Assembly: GCA_948466335.1 (NCBI GenBank)
Contig: CAOKAE010000001.1
Coordinates: 70,786 to 134,785 of the forward strand
Origin: an uncultured Coriobacteriia bacterium
GTDB taxonomy: Bacteria > Actinomycetota > Coriobacteriia > Coriobacteriales > QAMH01
Length of the DNA stretch: 64,000 nt
Reading direction: 5' to 3'
Positions 46,357 to 60,771 of this stretch are shown here, piece by piece. The position numbers and the translations under genes were made by a program. Below the pieces are notes generated by a model that did not search any database, was not told where the DNA came from, and saw only the letters and a program-made list of their open reading frames with translations. Each line of letters opens with the position of its first letter. Positions within the stretch are counted from its first letter, which is position 1.

Positions 46357-47856
46357 CTACATGTCGAGGAGGGCCTGGCGGTCGATCTTGCCGTTCTTGT
46401 TGAGCGGCATGGCGTCGAGCTTGCGAATCTTGTTGGGGACCATGTACTGCGGCAGAATCTCCTTGAGCGCGTCGGCCAGCGCGTCCTTCTCGCAGGGGCC
46501 CACGTAGAACAGGAGGATGCGCTTCTTGCGCGCGTCGTAGACCGTGCAGGCGCGCTTCACGCCGTCGACGCCATGAGCCGCCGCGTCGACCTCGCCGAGC
46601 TCGATGCGTTGCCCCAGGTGCTTGATCTGGTGGTCCTTGCGCCCACGATACACGAGACGTCCCGCCTCGTCGAACGTGGCCATGTCACCCGTGCGATACA
46701 TCGTCTCGGGAAACGCCGTCGTGAGCGGGTTTTGCACGAAGGACTCGGCAGTCTTCTCGGCGTCGTTGTAGTAGCCGAGGGCCAGACAGGTGCCGACCAC
46801 ACAGATTTCACCCTCGTCACCGGGCATGTCGACGAGCTGGTCGTCTTCGTCGAGCAGGAAGACGCGCTCGTTCGGGAAGGGACGGCCCATGGGTATGGTC
46901 TCGTCCTTGTCGTAATCGCGCACGATGATGTGATAGGTGCAGTTGCACGTGACCTCGGTGGGACCATACACGTTGACGAACATGGCATCGGGCAGGGCCG
47001 CGCGCCAGACGGCGAGCTGCTTGGGCGGCATGACCTCGCCGCTGAAGATGACCGCGCGAATGGTCGTGGGCACGCGATAGTCGAAGCCGCCCATCATCGA
47101 GACGAAGCACATGGCGCTCACGGCCCAGGTGCAGACCGTGACCTCGCGCTCCACGAGGAAGTCCATGAGGTTCACGGGGACGCTGAAGTACTCGCGCGGA
47201 ATCATCTGCACGGTCGCGCCGGTGGCAAGACCGCCGTAGATATCCTTGACCGACACGTCGAAGTCGAACGGAGCCTGGTTGGCGAGCACGTCCTCTTTCG
47301 TGATGTCGAAGATCGAAACGAACGAGCCGATGAAGTCGATGACGGAGCGATGGCTCACGGCAACGCCCTTGGGGACGCCCGTGGAGCCCGAGGTGAAGTT
47401 GATGTATAGCGGGTCTGTGTCGAGCGCGGCGGCGCGGCGGCGAGCAAGCAGGCCGCTATCAGAACGCGTATCGACGATATCCTCGAGGCATATAACCAGA
47501 TAGCCGTCGAAGGCCTCCCATGCGGCGTCGAAGTTCTTGGCGTCGGCTATCACGAGCGGAGCGGCGAGCTTGTCGACGATGGCGCGGGCGCGCGACGCGG
47601 GCTGGCGCACGTCGATGATCGAATAGCAGCAGCGTGCGTAGACGGCGCCGAACATGGCCGTGAGGGCGAGGGTGCTCTTCTCCATGTAGCAGGCGATGGG
47701 GCTGCGCTCGTCGACGATGCCGGCGAGGTAGGAACCGACGGAGTGGGCGCGGCGCATGAGGTCGAGAAACCCAATTTCGCCGTTCTCGTCCGCGAACGCG
47801 ACCTTATCCGGCAACTCCCGCGCCCGCGCTTCGAGCCACTCGAGTACGTTAGTCAT
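46357..47856 (-). CDS. stand-alone amino-acid adenylation enzyme (DltA/NRPS A-domain-like)
   Basis: YINFTSGSTGVPKG, FDFDVS, NVYGPTE, YRTGD, GRKDHQIKHLGQRIELGE, NKNGKIDR. Confidence 0.9.
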   Translation of the reverse strand: MTNVLEWLEARARELPDKVAFADENGEIGFLDLMRRAHSVGSYLAGIVDERSPIACYMEKSTLALTAMFGAVYARCCYSIIDVRQPASRARAIVDKLAAPLVIADAKNFDAAWEAFDGYLVICLEDIVDTRSDSGLLARRRAAALDTDPLYINFTSGSTGVPKGVAVSHRSVIDFIGSFVSIFDITKEDVLANQAPFDFDVSVKDIYGGLATGATVQMIPREYFSVPVNLMDFLVEREVTVCTWAVSAMCFVSMMGGFDYRVPTTIRAVIFSGEVMPPKQLAVWRAALPDAMFVNVYGPTEVTCNCTYHIIVRDYDKDETIPMGRPFPNERVFLLDEDDQLVDMPGDEGEICVVGTCLALGYYNDAEKTAESFVQNPLTTAFPETMYRTGDMATFDEAGRLVYRGRKDHQIKHLGQRIELGEVDAAAHGVDGVKRACTVYDARKKRILLFYVGPCEKDALADALKEILPQYMVPNKIRKLDAMPLNKNGKIDRQALLDM

Positions 47857-47913
47857 GAGAGACGCTTTCTCGTCAGACGGGTTTTTGCCTCATTTGCTGA
47901 CAGGTGTCTCATT
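47854..47913. repeat. decayed REP remnants; last arm supplies the NhaC stop
   Basis: catgagagac...gtcagac...tgcctcatt, plus tgtctcatt at 47905-47913. Confidence 0.6.
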
Positions 47914-49471
47914 GCTTCTGCACGACCCTCTTGCCGACGGTCTTGCGCAGGATGATGAGCGCCAGGACCACGAGAACGATGCCGATGGCGAGGGAAATCA
48001 GCCAGTTCTGCACGAAACCGGCGACGATGAAGCAGATGAACGAGATCACCGCGACCGTGAGCACGTAGGGCAGCTGGGTCGAGACGTGCACAATGTGGTT
48101 CACGTTCGCACCGGCCGAGGCCATGATCGTCGTATCCGAGATAGGCGAGCAATGGTCGCCGCAGACGGCGCCGGCCAGGCAAGCCGAGATGCCAATGGTG
48201 AGCAGTTCGGGCTGACCGGCGAAGATGGGCAGCACGATGGGGATGAGGATGCCAAAGGTGCCCCAGCTCGTGCCCGTGGCAAACGCGAGGCCCAGGGCGA
48301 CGAGGAAGATGATCGCGGGGAGCATGCTATACAGGCCGGCAGCCGCACCCTCCATGAGGCCGGCGACGAAGACATCGGCGCCGAGCGCGCTCGTCGCGAG
48401 CTTGAGGGTGAGCGCGAAGGTGAGGATGAGCATGGCCGGCACCATGGCCTTGAAGCCGTCGACGATGCAGACCGCGGCGTCACCGAAGCTCACGACGCGG
48501 CGGCACAGCAGGTAGATGAAGGTGATGACCAGGGCGATGATCGAGCCCCAGGGCAAGCCCACCGAGGCGCTCGTGTTACCGAAGGCCAGGGCCAAGTCGC
48601 CGAAGCCCTCGGCTTCCGGATCCCAGAAGCCGCCGACGTACATCATGCCGATGACGCAGCAGACGATGAGGATGATGACGGGAACGAGCATGTCGACGAG
48701 GCGGGCGCGGGGATTGTCGAGCTTCTCCTCGTCACCCAGGGAACCGAGCACGCCGTCACGATAGGCCTCGATTTCGGCGCGGGCCATGGGGCCGTAATCG
48801 AAGCCCATGACGACGATGGCGATGATGAACACGATGGTGAGCAGCGAGTAGAAGTTGTAGGGGATTGCCTGGATGAAGAGCTGGATGCCCGTGATGCCCG
48901 AGTCCAGGTCGCTGGCCGTGGCCGAGACGGCCGCCGCCCAGGACGAGATGGGGGCAATCATGCAGATGGGCGCCGCCGTCGCGTCGATGATGTAGGACAG
49001 CTTGGCGCGCGAGATCTTCTGCTCGTCGGTCACGGGACGCATGACCGCGCCCACGGTGAGGCAGTTGAAGTAGTCGTCGATGAAGATGAGCACACCGAGC
49101 GCGAAGGTCGCGAGCTGCGCCCCCACGCGGGTCTTGATGTGCTTGGCTGCCCAGGCGCCAAAGGCGGCCGAGGCGCCGGACTTGTTGATAAGGGCGACCA
49201 TGATGCCGAGCATCACGAGGAATATGAAGATGCCGGCATTAGCCGAGTCGCTGATGGCGTTGATGAACCCGACGGGCATGGCGTCCTCGCCGGTCCCGAC
49301 CTCGCCGGAGATGATGAAGTTGACGGTGTTAATAGGGTCGAAGCCCGCGAGCAGCAACGCGCCCACGACGATGCCGACGAACAGCGACGTGTAGGTTTCC
49401 TTGGTGATGAGCGCCAGGACGATGGCGACGATGGGCGGCACGAGCGCCCAGAAGGTTCCGACAAACTCCAT
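47909..49471 (-). CDS. NhaC-family amino-acid/cation transporter
   Basis: IFIDDYFNCL, IDATAAP, PISSW, FATGTSWGTF, GDHCSPISDTT. Confidence 0.88.
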   Translation of the reverse strand: MEFVGTFWALVPPIVAIVLALITKETYTSLFVGIVVGALLLAGFDPINTVNFIISGEVGTGEDAMPVGFINAISDSANAGIFIFLVMLGIMVALINKSGASAAFGAWAAKHIKTRVGAQLATFALGVLIFIDDYFNCLTVGAVMRPVTDEQKISRAKLSYIIDATAAPICMIAPISSWAAAVSATASDLDSGITGIQLFIQAIPYNFYSLLTIVFIIAIVVMGFDYGPMARAEIEAYRDGVLGSLGDEEKLDNPRARLVDMLVPVIILIVCCVIGMMYVGGFWDPEAEGFGDLALAFGNTSASVGLPWGSIIALVITFIYLLCRRVVSFGDAAVCIVDGFKAMVPAMLILTFALTLKLATSALGADVFVAGLMEGAAAGLYSMLPAIIFLVALGLAFATGTSWGTFGILIPIVLPIFAGQPELLTIGISACLAGAVCGDHCSPISDTTIMASAGANVNHIVHVSTQLPYVLTVAVISFICFIVAGFVQNWLISLAIGIVLVVLALIILRKTVGKRVVQKQ

Positions 49472-49533
49472 GATCTCCCCAATGCATGTCAGCGTGACAA
49501 TCGCGCATATTATAGGCATCTTTGCGAGACGGT

Positions 49534-49581
49534 GGGGACGGACCCTCAAAGTTGCAGGTGAGAAGAAGGGGACAGACCCTT
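49534..49581. repeat. two family-B units GGGGAC(A/G)GACCC
   Basis: ggggacggaccctc (49534) and aaggggacagaccctt (49566). Confidence 0.6.
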
Positions 49582-49648
49582 GTGCGGCAAGCGGTGGTAG
49601 AATGAGCATGTATTATTCTTTGCTACGAATCGTTTTCGAGGAGATGCC

Positions 49649-51166
49649 ATGTTTGAACAGGATCACATCTGGGTTGGACAGGGCGAGACTCCCTGTAACC
49701 TGCTACTCAACCAGGCAAATCGCCATGGTCTCATCGCCGGCGCATCCGGCACGGGCAAGACCGTCACCCTCAAGGTGCTCGCCGAGGGCTTCTCGAAGGC
49801 CGGTGTGCCCGTCTTCATGGCCGACGTGAAGGGCGACGTGACCGGCATCGCGCAGGCGGGTGACGATACCGAGAACATCGCCAAGCGCGTCGAGAAGTTT
49901 GGCATCGAGGGCTGGTCTCTCGAAGGTTGCCCCACGCGCTTGTGGGACATGCTCGGCTACCAGGGCATTCCCGTGCGCATCACCGTGTCCGACATGGGCC
50001 CCATCATGCTCTCGCGCCTGCTCGAACTCACCGAGGTGCAGGAGGGCGTGCTCAACATCGTCTTTCGCGTCGCCGATGACCAGCAGATGCTGCTCATCGA
50101 CCTCAAGGACCTGCGCGCGATGCTCAATTACGTCTCGGAGCACTCCAAGGAAATCGAGACGACCTACGGCAAGGTCTCGTCGCAGTCGGTCGGCGCGATT
50201 CTACGCGCCCTCATCGCCATCGAGGACCAGGGCGGCGACATCTTCTTCGGCGAGCCCAACCTCGACCTTGACGACTGGTTTGCCGTCGACGACAAGGGCC
50301 AGGGCTACGTCAATGTGCTCAACGCCGCCCGCCTCATCAACAGCCCGCAAATCTACGCGATGTTCCTGCTGTGGATGATGAGCGAGCTGTTCGAGACGCT
50401 GCCCGAGGTGGGCGATGCCGACAAACCGAAGTTCATCTTCTTCTTCGACGAGGCGCACCTGCTGTTCAACGGCATGCCGAAGGAACTGCTCGACAAGATC
50501 GTGCAGGTCGTGAAGCTCATCCGCTCCAAGGGGGTGGGCGTCTACTTCATCACGCAATCGCCATCCGACATCCCCGACGAGGTGCTTGCGCAGCTCTCGA
50601 ACCGCATCCAACACGGCTTGCGCGCCTACACACCGGCCGAGCAGAAGGCCGTGAAGGCCGCGGCGCAGTCGTTCCGCGAGAACCCCGCGTTCGACGCGAA
50701 GGAAAAGATTCTCGAACTTGGCACGGGCGAGGCGCTCGTCTCGTTCCTCGATGCCGACGGCAAGCCGTGCGTCGTCGAGTACGCGAAGATACTGCCGCCG
50801 CAGTGTCGCATGGCCGCAGCAGACCCCGAGGTCGTCGAGCAGATGCTTGCCGCGCAGGTATCGCTCATGGACAAGTACGGCGATGCCATCGACCGCGAGT
50901 CGGCCTACGAGATTATCAACCAGCAGGCCTCCGCACTCAGCGAGGAGGCCAAACAGGCTGCCGAGCAGGCGCAGGCCGACATCGAGGCAGCCGAGGCCGA
51001 GAAGCAGAAGGCCAAGGAAGCCGCCAAGGCCGCAGCCGCCGAGGAGAAGCGCGCGCAGAAGGCGCAGCAGGAGGCGGTGAAGCAGGTGGGCAGCGTGCTC
51101 GGACAGATTGGCCGCGAGGCATCACGTCAGATCATCCGCGGCATCTTCGGCGCCCTGAAGAAGTAA
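49649..51166 (+). CDS. HerA-like P-loop ATPase (DUF853/YjgR family)
   Basis: ANRHGLIAGASGTGKT, DVKGD, FFDEAHLLF, LIRSKGVG, QHGLRAYTP. Confidence 0.9.
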   Translation: MFEQDHIWVGQGETPCNLLLNQANRHGLIAGASGTGKTVTLKVLAEGFSKAGVPVFMADVKGDVTGIAQAGDDTENIAKRVEKFGIEGWSLEGCPTRLWDMLGYQGIPVRITVSDMGPIMLSRLLELTEVQEGVLNIVFRVADDQQMLLIDLKDLRAMLNYVSEHSKEIETTYGKVSSQSVGAILRALIAIEDQGGDIFFGEPNLDLDDWFAVDDKGQGYVNVLNAARLINSPQIYAMFLLWMMSELFETLPEVGDADKPKFIFFFDEAHLLFNGMPKELLDKIVQVVKLIRSKGVGVYFITQSPSDIPDEVLAQLSNRIQHGLRAYTPAEQKAVKAAAQSFRENPAFDAKEKILELGTGEALVSFLDADGKPCVVEYAKILPPQCRMAAADPEVVEQMLAAQVSLMDKYGDAIDRESAYEIINQQASALSEEAKQAAEQAQADIEAAEAEKQKAKEAAKAAAAEEKRAQKAQQEAVKQVGSVLGQIGREASRQIIRGIFGALKK

Positions 51167-51208
51167 CGGGGATGGCCCTCTGAGGCCGTTGTTCCAACCA
51201 CGTAGCAA

Positions 51209-51233
51209 AGGGGCGGCCTCGTTGGCCGCCCCT
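51209..51233. terminator. hairpin between convergent genes
   Basis: aggggcggcc-tcgtt-ggccgcccct. Confidence 0.55.
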
Positions 51234-51262
51234 CGTCATCTCATCATCGTCGTCCGTCCGCC

Positions 51263-53923
51263 TTAGGCTTCCTGCGAACGATGGGCCGTGCTGCGGCGCA
51301 TAGGACGCCTACCCATGACCTCGGCCTCGAGCTCGTCGACGGTCTGTATGTCCTTCCTGCGGTTGACGACGACGCCGATACCGTAGAAGAGGGTAATCAC
51401 GATGCCGATGAGCATGAGCCAGTGCACCCAGCACCGCGGAGCCAGCTCGAACGAGGCAAGCGGATTGCCGTCGTCATCGATGGTCTCTTCACCGGGGAAG
51501 GCGGCCAACGGGTTGCCGTCATCGGTGATGGTCTCGGTTGCGGCGGCTGCGGGAGCTGCAGCTGCGCCAGGCGCGGGAGCGGCGGCAAGCGGCGTCGCGT
51601 CATCGACGATGGTTTCGCCGGCGGGAGCCGTCACGGTACCCGCATCGGTGCCCGTACCGGTTCCAGTTCCGGTACCGGTGCCCTCGTCGCCGGGAACCGG
51701 GCCCGGAGTCGGATCGACGGGAGTGGGATCATCCGGCGTGGGCGTAGGATCGACCGGGGTCGGATCCACCGGAGTAGGATCAACCGGGGTGGGGTCGGCG
51801 GGAGTGGGGTCGACGGGCTTGGCCGTCGCGGTGTAGGTTGCCCTGTAGGCGATGATGTCATCGGTGCGGGTCATGTTCTCCCAGCCGCTGAAGGCGTAGG
51901 TGTTGTCGGCATCCTCGGCCTTGGTGGGAACCTCGCCTGCGAAGCTCGGCTCGACAGTGCCCTGGATATAGCGCATGGAGGCGAGCTCGGTGATGCCATC
52001 CTCGTCATACCAGGTGATGGTGGTGGCGGGAATCGCGGCAATGGCCCTTTCCTCGACATGGTTCACGTCATTAGCGCAGACGCGCTGCTCGAGACCTTCG
52101 CCGTCGATCGTGGCGGGGGTCACGACGGTCCACTCGCCATAGGCGTGGCCGATGGCGGGGATGACCTCGGTGTAGGTGTGAGTCGCGTCGTGCGAGCAGG
52201 TGAAGGTCCTTACGCCGTCGGCCTCGCAAGTGGCCTCGGTGATCACCGTGGCGACGTAGTCGTGGCCAGTGGCCTCGACGACTTCCTGGGCGACGAGGAC
52301 GGTGCCGCAGGTGGCGCAGTGGGATCCCTCGGTGAGACCCGTTTCGGTGCAGGTGGGAGCGACGGCAGCATCGACAACCTCGGTATGGCCGGTAGCGGGG
52401 ACGTCCCTACGCTGCTCGGTGGGGCACATGGAACAGCTCTTGGTCTCCTTGCCGGGTTCGGTGCAAGTGGGAGCAATGGTCACGACCCACTCGCCCCAGC
52501 TATGGTCGAATTGCGGGATTTCCTCCTGGGCAACGAGGATCTCGCCGCAGACAGAGCACTTCTTGCCGTCGGTCAGGCCGGGATAATAGCAGGTGGCCGC
52601 CTTGCCGGGGATTATCTCCTCGGTATGACCAAGGGGCTCAATGTCCTTGCGCTGGGCGCCCCCGCACCTCAAGCATTTCTGCTCTTCCTTACCCTTCTCG
52701 GTGCAGGTGGGGGCTTGGGTCACATACCACTCGGTCCAGTCATGGCCCAAGGAAGGAATAACCTTGAATCCCTCGGAATGATCACAACGCGAGCAGCGAC
52801 TGCCCGCCTCGATGCCGGGATTCGTACAATCCGGAGCGATAGCAGCAACTCCTACCATGTCATGGCCAAGAGCCGCGACATCCTCGGTCATGGTCGCATT
52901 GCAACCCTCACGCATGCAGGTGAAGGTCTTGACGCCCTCATCGGTGCAGGTGGGATCGGTGGTCACGACGCCCTTGTCCCAGTCGTGGCCAAGAACGGGC
53001 ACAACCTCCTGGGCAACGAGCACGGTGCCACAAACGCTGCAGTGGGAGCCCTCGGTGAGGCCCGTGGTCTCGCAGGTGGGGGCAATGGCCTCGTCGATGA
53101 CGATGGCATGACCGGTGGCGGGGATGACCTCCACGGTCGTCCTGTCGCAGGTCGTACACTTCTGGCCGGCGGTGTTGCCGGGCTCGGTGCAGGTGGGATC
53201 CTTGGCCTCGACATCGACCCAATTATGCTCGATGGTGATGTTGTAGGTCACTGTGTGGCGCTTGGTATATTCAAGGTTCCCAATAACCTCATGAACAACG
53301 GTTGCGGTGTCAACATTCCTCACGTTAATTGAAGCGCTGGCCTCCCACAGACTCATCTTTTCGTTGCTGATGATCACATTCGGATTAGACGACTTCCATG
53401 TGCTGTATGTGCCGTCAACATGATTGATAAGATCACCGGCGTCCGTATGACAAATCAGGGTGCTCTGTTCACCACACCTAACGGTTTGATCCCATTGTTT
53501 CGTTGCATTGGGCTTGATGTCATCAACATCCATCACCCCCATCGGCGCGATAGCGTACGCCTCGCTCATGACGACCTCTTCGGCAACCGTGAGCACCGAA
53601 ACGCCGTTATCCTCCTCGACAGCCGGGGTCTCGTCGTCGGTGGCGGACTCCTCCTCGTCTTCCTCGACCGCAGGCTCTTCCTCGTCCTCGGCGTCTTCAT
53701 CGACAGCGACAGGGGCCTCTTCCTCGAAAGCGGGCTGCACGTCGGCAGGCTCGACCTGATCCTGCATCTCCTCAGCGACCGGTTCCTCGTCGGTTGCCCA
53801 TGCATAGCTCGCGAAGAGCGAGACATTGCACATCGTGAGCACGAGCGCGATGGACGTGAGTGCGGCGATGAGCTTCGCCAGCGTGCTCCGCTTCACGTCG
53901 ACCATGTTCTCCAGATGGTTCAT
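51263..53923 (-). CDS. large surface protein with about 10 Cys/His-rich repeats, PTPVD linker and C-terminal membrane anchor
   Basis: Signal peptide; repeats GH...PTCT..G...C..CG; ETIxDDxxPLA three times; CWVHW-TM-RRK. Confidence 0.85.
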   Translation of the reverse strand: MNHLENMVDVKRSTLAKLIAALTSIALVLTMCNVSLFASYAWATDEEPVAEEMQDQVEPADVQPAFEEEAPVAVDEDAEDEEEPAVEEDEEESATDDETPAVEEDNGVSVLTVAEEVVMSEAYAIAPMGVMDVDDIKPNATKQWDQTVRCGEQSTLICHTDAGDLINHVDGTYSTWKSSNPNVIISNEKMSLWEASASINVRNVDTATVVHEVIGNLEYTKRHTVTYNITIEHNWVDVEAKDPTCTEPGNTAGQKCTTCDRTTVEVIPATGHAIVIDEAIAPTCETTGLTEGSHCSVCGTVLVAQEVVPVLGHDWDKGVVTTDPTCTDEGVKTFTCMREGCNATMTEDVAALGHDMVGVAAIAPDCTNPGIEAGSRCSRCDHSEGFKVIPSLGHDWTEWYVTQAPTCTEKGKEEQKCLRCGGAQRKDIEPLGHTEEIIPGKAATCYYPGLTDGKKCSVCGEILVAQEEIPQFDHSWGEWVVTIAPTCTEPGKETKSCSMCPTEQRRDVPATGHTEVVDAAVAPTCTETGLTEGSHCATCGTVLVAQEVVEATGHDYVATVITEATCEADGVRTFTCSHDATHTYTEVIPAIGHAYGEWTVVTPATIDGEGLEQRVCANDVNHVEERAIAAIPATTITWYDEDGITELASMRYIQGTVEPSFAGEVPTKAEDADNTYAFSGWENMTRTDDIIAYRATYTATAKPVDPTPADPTPVDPTPVDPTPVDPTPTPDDPTPVDPTPGPVPGDEGTGTGTGTGTGTDAGTVTAPAGETIVDDATPLAAAPAPGAAAAPAAAATETITDDGNPLAAFPGEETIDDDGNPLASFELAPRCWVHWLMLIGIVITLFYGIGVVVNRRKDIQTVDELEAEVMGRRPMRRSTAHRSQEA

Positions 53924-54180
53924 GTGTACCCCTTGTCCGTTCCCACCACGACAGCTTGCGTACGCTGCCGCGCATTGAGCCTCTGTCGTGGGATTTCTCC
54001 CCGTAGGAGGCGACATTTGATGCCCATGACTATATAGATGCCCTCGATTTCAACTTGCATTCTGACAGGGCATTGATAGGATATTGACATGATAATGACC
54101 GTCAAATGCCATTGAACGGTGCCTGATCAGAAACGAACGGCCGCATTGTTTTTGCCGTTTTCGAGCAAGGGGGGGGGCAC

Positions 54181-54924
54181 GTGCCCGATTCCGCCGGCAA
54201 GTTACGCGTGCAACGAGACTCATGGGAGCAGGGACATCTCACGCTCATATGCGGCATTGCCAATGCGGGTGGAGGGGTGTTGCTCGTCGACTCTGCCGGC
54301 AAGAACTACACGCGCGGCTTGACGCGCATGCGAAAGCCCTTCGAGCAGATACCCCGCATCACCCGCAAGGAGCTTGGCATCGCCTGCGTTACCGAACCCG
54401 TGCTTGACGGTGCGAATTTCTGCCTCGAGGTCATTGTTCCCGCTGTCGACCCGGCCTTTCCCGTCGAATACCAGGGCAGGTACTGGTACTACGATGGTGC
54501 GAGAGGTGAAAACCGTTCCGTACGACCGGAGGAGGTCATTGACCTTCGTCATGCCGTACTGCCGGCGCCGCTCATCGAGAAAACGGTCGAGGATTCCTCG
54601 GCAGACGAAGAGGGCGATGTTATGCCGGCACCCGTAAGAACTGGTATCTCGGTCTTCGAAGGTCTCGCCACCGGAGAGGACCTGCGCAGCGCTCCCTTCT
54701 CGCAGCGTTCCATAGCGGCGGCCAACGACCTTGACCTCACCTCGACCGATGAATTCGTGTTGCGGGCGTTGCGCGCGAACGGCCGTGCGACGGCACCCGG
54801 CATCGCCGAGCTGTTCGGCGTGAGCGAAAGCACCGTGCGGCGTTCCTTCAGAAAGCTGCGTGAACTGGGACTTATCGACCGCGTCGGGTCGAACAAGGCA
54901 GGATATTGGAGATTGCTCGGATAG
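54181..54924 (+). CDS. AlbA_2-like domain plus C-terminal winged HTH (putative regulator)
   Basis: ICGIANAGGGVLLV; IAELFGVSESTVRR...RVGSNKAGYW; start uncertain (G9 run just upstream). Confidence 0.65.
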   Translation: MPDSAGKLRVQRDSWEQGHLTLICGIANAGGGVLLVDSAGKNYTRGLTRMRKPFEQIPRITRKELGIACVTEPVLDGANFCLEVIVPAVDPAFPVEYQGRYWYYDGARGENRSVRPEEVIDLRHAVLPAPLIEKTVEDSSADEEGDVMPAPVRTGISVFEGLATGEDLRSAPFSQRSIAAANDLDLTSTDEFVLRALRANGRATAPGIAELFGVSESTVRRSFRKLRELGLIDRVGSNKAGYWRLLG

Positions 54925-54933
54925 GTTTCCGGC

Positions 54934-55440
54934 CTACAAGACACCTGCGTCGAAAATCTGCATGAGCTCGTTGACGCTCGCGAAGGGCTTGTTGTCCTGC
55001 GGATTTCTCACGTTGACAAGCTCGCCCGTCCACACGCGGCCGCCATCCGAGAACTTCTTCGAACGCACGATGTACCTGAAGTGCAGGCGAGGTTGATTTT
55101 TGCTGAGCTTTGCCTCGGCCCCGTAATCAAGACCGTTGAGCGCATGGCGGATCATCTTGACGTAATCCTTGGCATCGCGTTCGTCACCAAGGCGAATGAG
55201 ACCCGTCTCGCAGTTGTAGAGCACGCCGTCCGCAACGAAAACGGACCTGATGCGCTCGCGACGGCGCTTTTCGACCAGCACGATCGCGACGGCCACCCCG
55301 ATGATGACGAGCCACCAGACGATGGTGATGGCAAGGTCGGCCGGGTCGGTCAGGGAAAAGCCGAAGTGGTTCCAAAGCCAGAGAAACTCGAGGGAAAGCA
55401 GCACGAGAATCACGAGGACGATGATGTTGCTCTTGCGCAA
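54934..55440 (-). CDS. hypothetical membrane protein
   Basis: Two TM helices; TTG start after AAAGAGG. Confidence 0.65.
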   Translation of the reverse strand: MRKSNIIVLVILVLLSLEFLWLWNHFGFSLTDPADLAITIVWWLVIIGVAVAIVLVEKRRRERIRSVFVADGVLYNCETGLIRLGDERDAKDYVKMIRHALNGLDYGAEAKLSKNQPRLHFRYIVRSKKFSDGGRVWTGELVNVRNPQDNKPFASVNELMQIFDAGVL

Positions 55441-55486
55441 GGGTGCCTCTTTTATTGGTCTTAGTCCTGTATGAGGCACGAGCGCA

Positions 55487-55513
55487 TAAAAAACGGGGCC
55501 CTGATGGCCCCGG
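55487..55513 (-). terminator. intrinsic terminator after the tRNA pair
   Basis: Minus strand cggggcc-atcag-ggccccg followed by a T run. Confidence 0.7.
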
Positions 55514-55519
55514 TGCTTG

Positions 55520-55595
<76 letters not shown>

Positions 55596-55683
55596 GTCTG
55601 ATGCGCTGTGCGGATTTACCCCCTGGTATCAATAAACGCCCCGGCGGCGACTCGGCCCACGCCGGGGCGTTTATTACCAAAGA

Positions 55684-55760
55684 TGGTGGGCCTTACAAGA
55701 TTCGAACTTGTGACCTCACGATTATCAGTCGTGCGCTCTAGCCAACTGAGCTAAAGGCCC
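55684..55760 (-). tRNA. tRNA-Ile (GAT)
   Basis: GGGCCTTTAGCTCAGTTGGCTAGAGCG...CTGATAA...GTTCGAATCTTGTAAGGCCCACCA. Confidence 0.97.
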
Positions 55761-55877
55761 GCGCAAATACGCGAGCATGTATACTGCCACAATCATAGTT
55801 CCGTGTGAAGCAAAATCCCCAGAAAGTTCGGGTTTCATCCGCAAGCGTGCTTTGGCATGTGTGCCAGCGGAGCTGAA

Positions 55878-55967
55878 AATGAGACAGTTTGGTCAGGCAC
55901 CTCTGTCTCATTTTCTTCTGGTGCCTGTGAAGGATGAGACAGAGGTGCCTGATCAAGCTGTCTCATC
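55878..55967. repeat. REP doublet with variant core (GGTCAGGCACC)
   Basis: Copies 55878-55912 and 55933-55967, cores in opposite orientation, 20-bp linker. Confidence 0.9.
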
Positions 55968-55983
55968 CTTCGTGTTCGTCCCT

Positions 55984-58713
<2,730 letters not shown>

Positions 58714-58729
58714 GTGATTTCATCCCTCC

Positions 58730-60760
<2,031 letters not shown>

Positions 60761-60771
60761 TTACTCTAAAA

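Noticed and set aside
49649-51166. HerA-based anti-phage system
   Set aside because: Stand-alone DUF853-type ATPase with no adjacent nuclease or sirtuin partner
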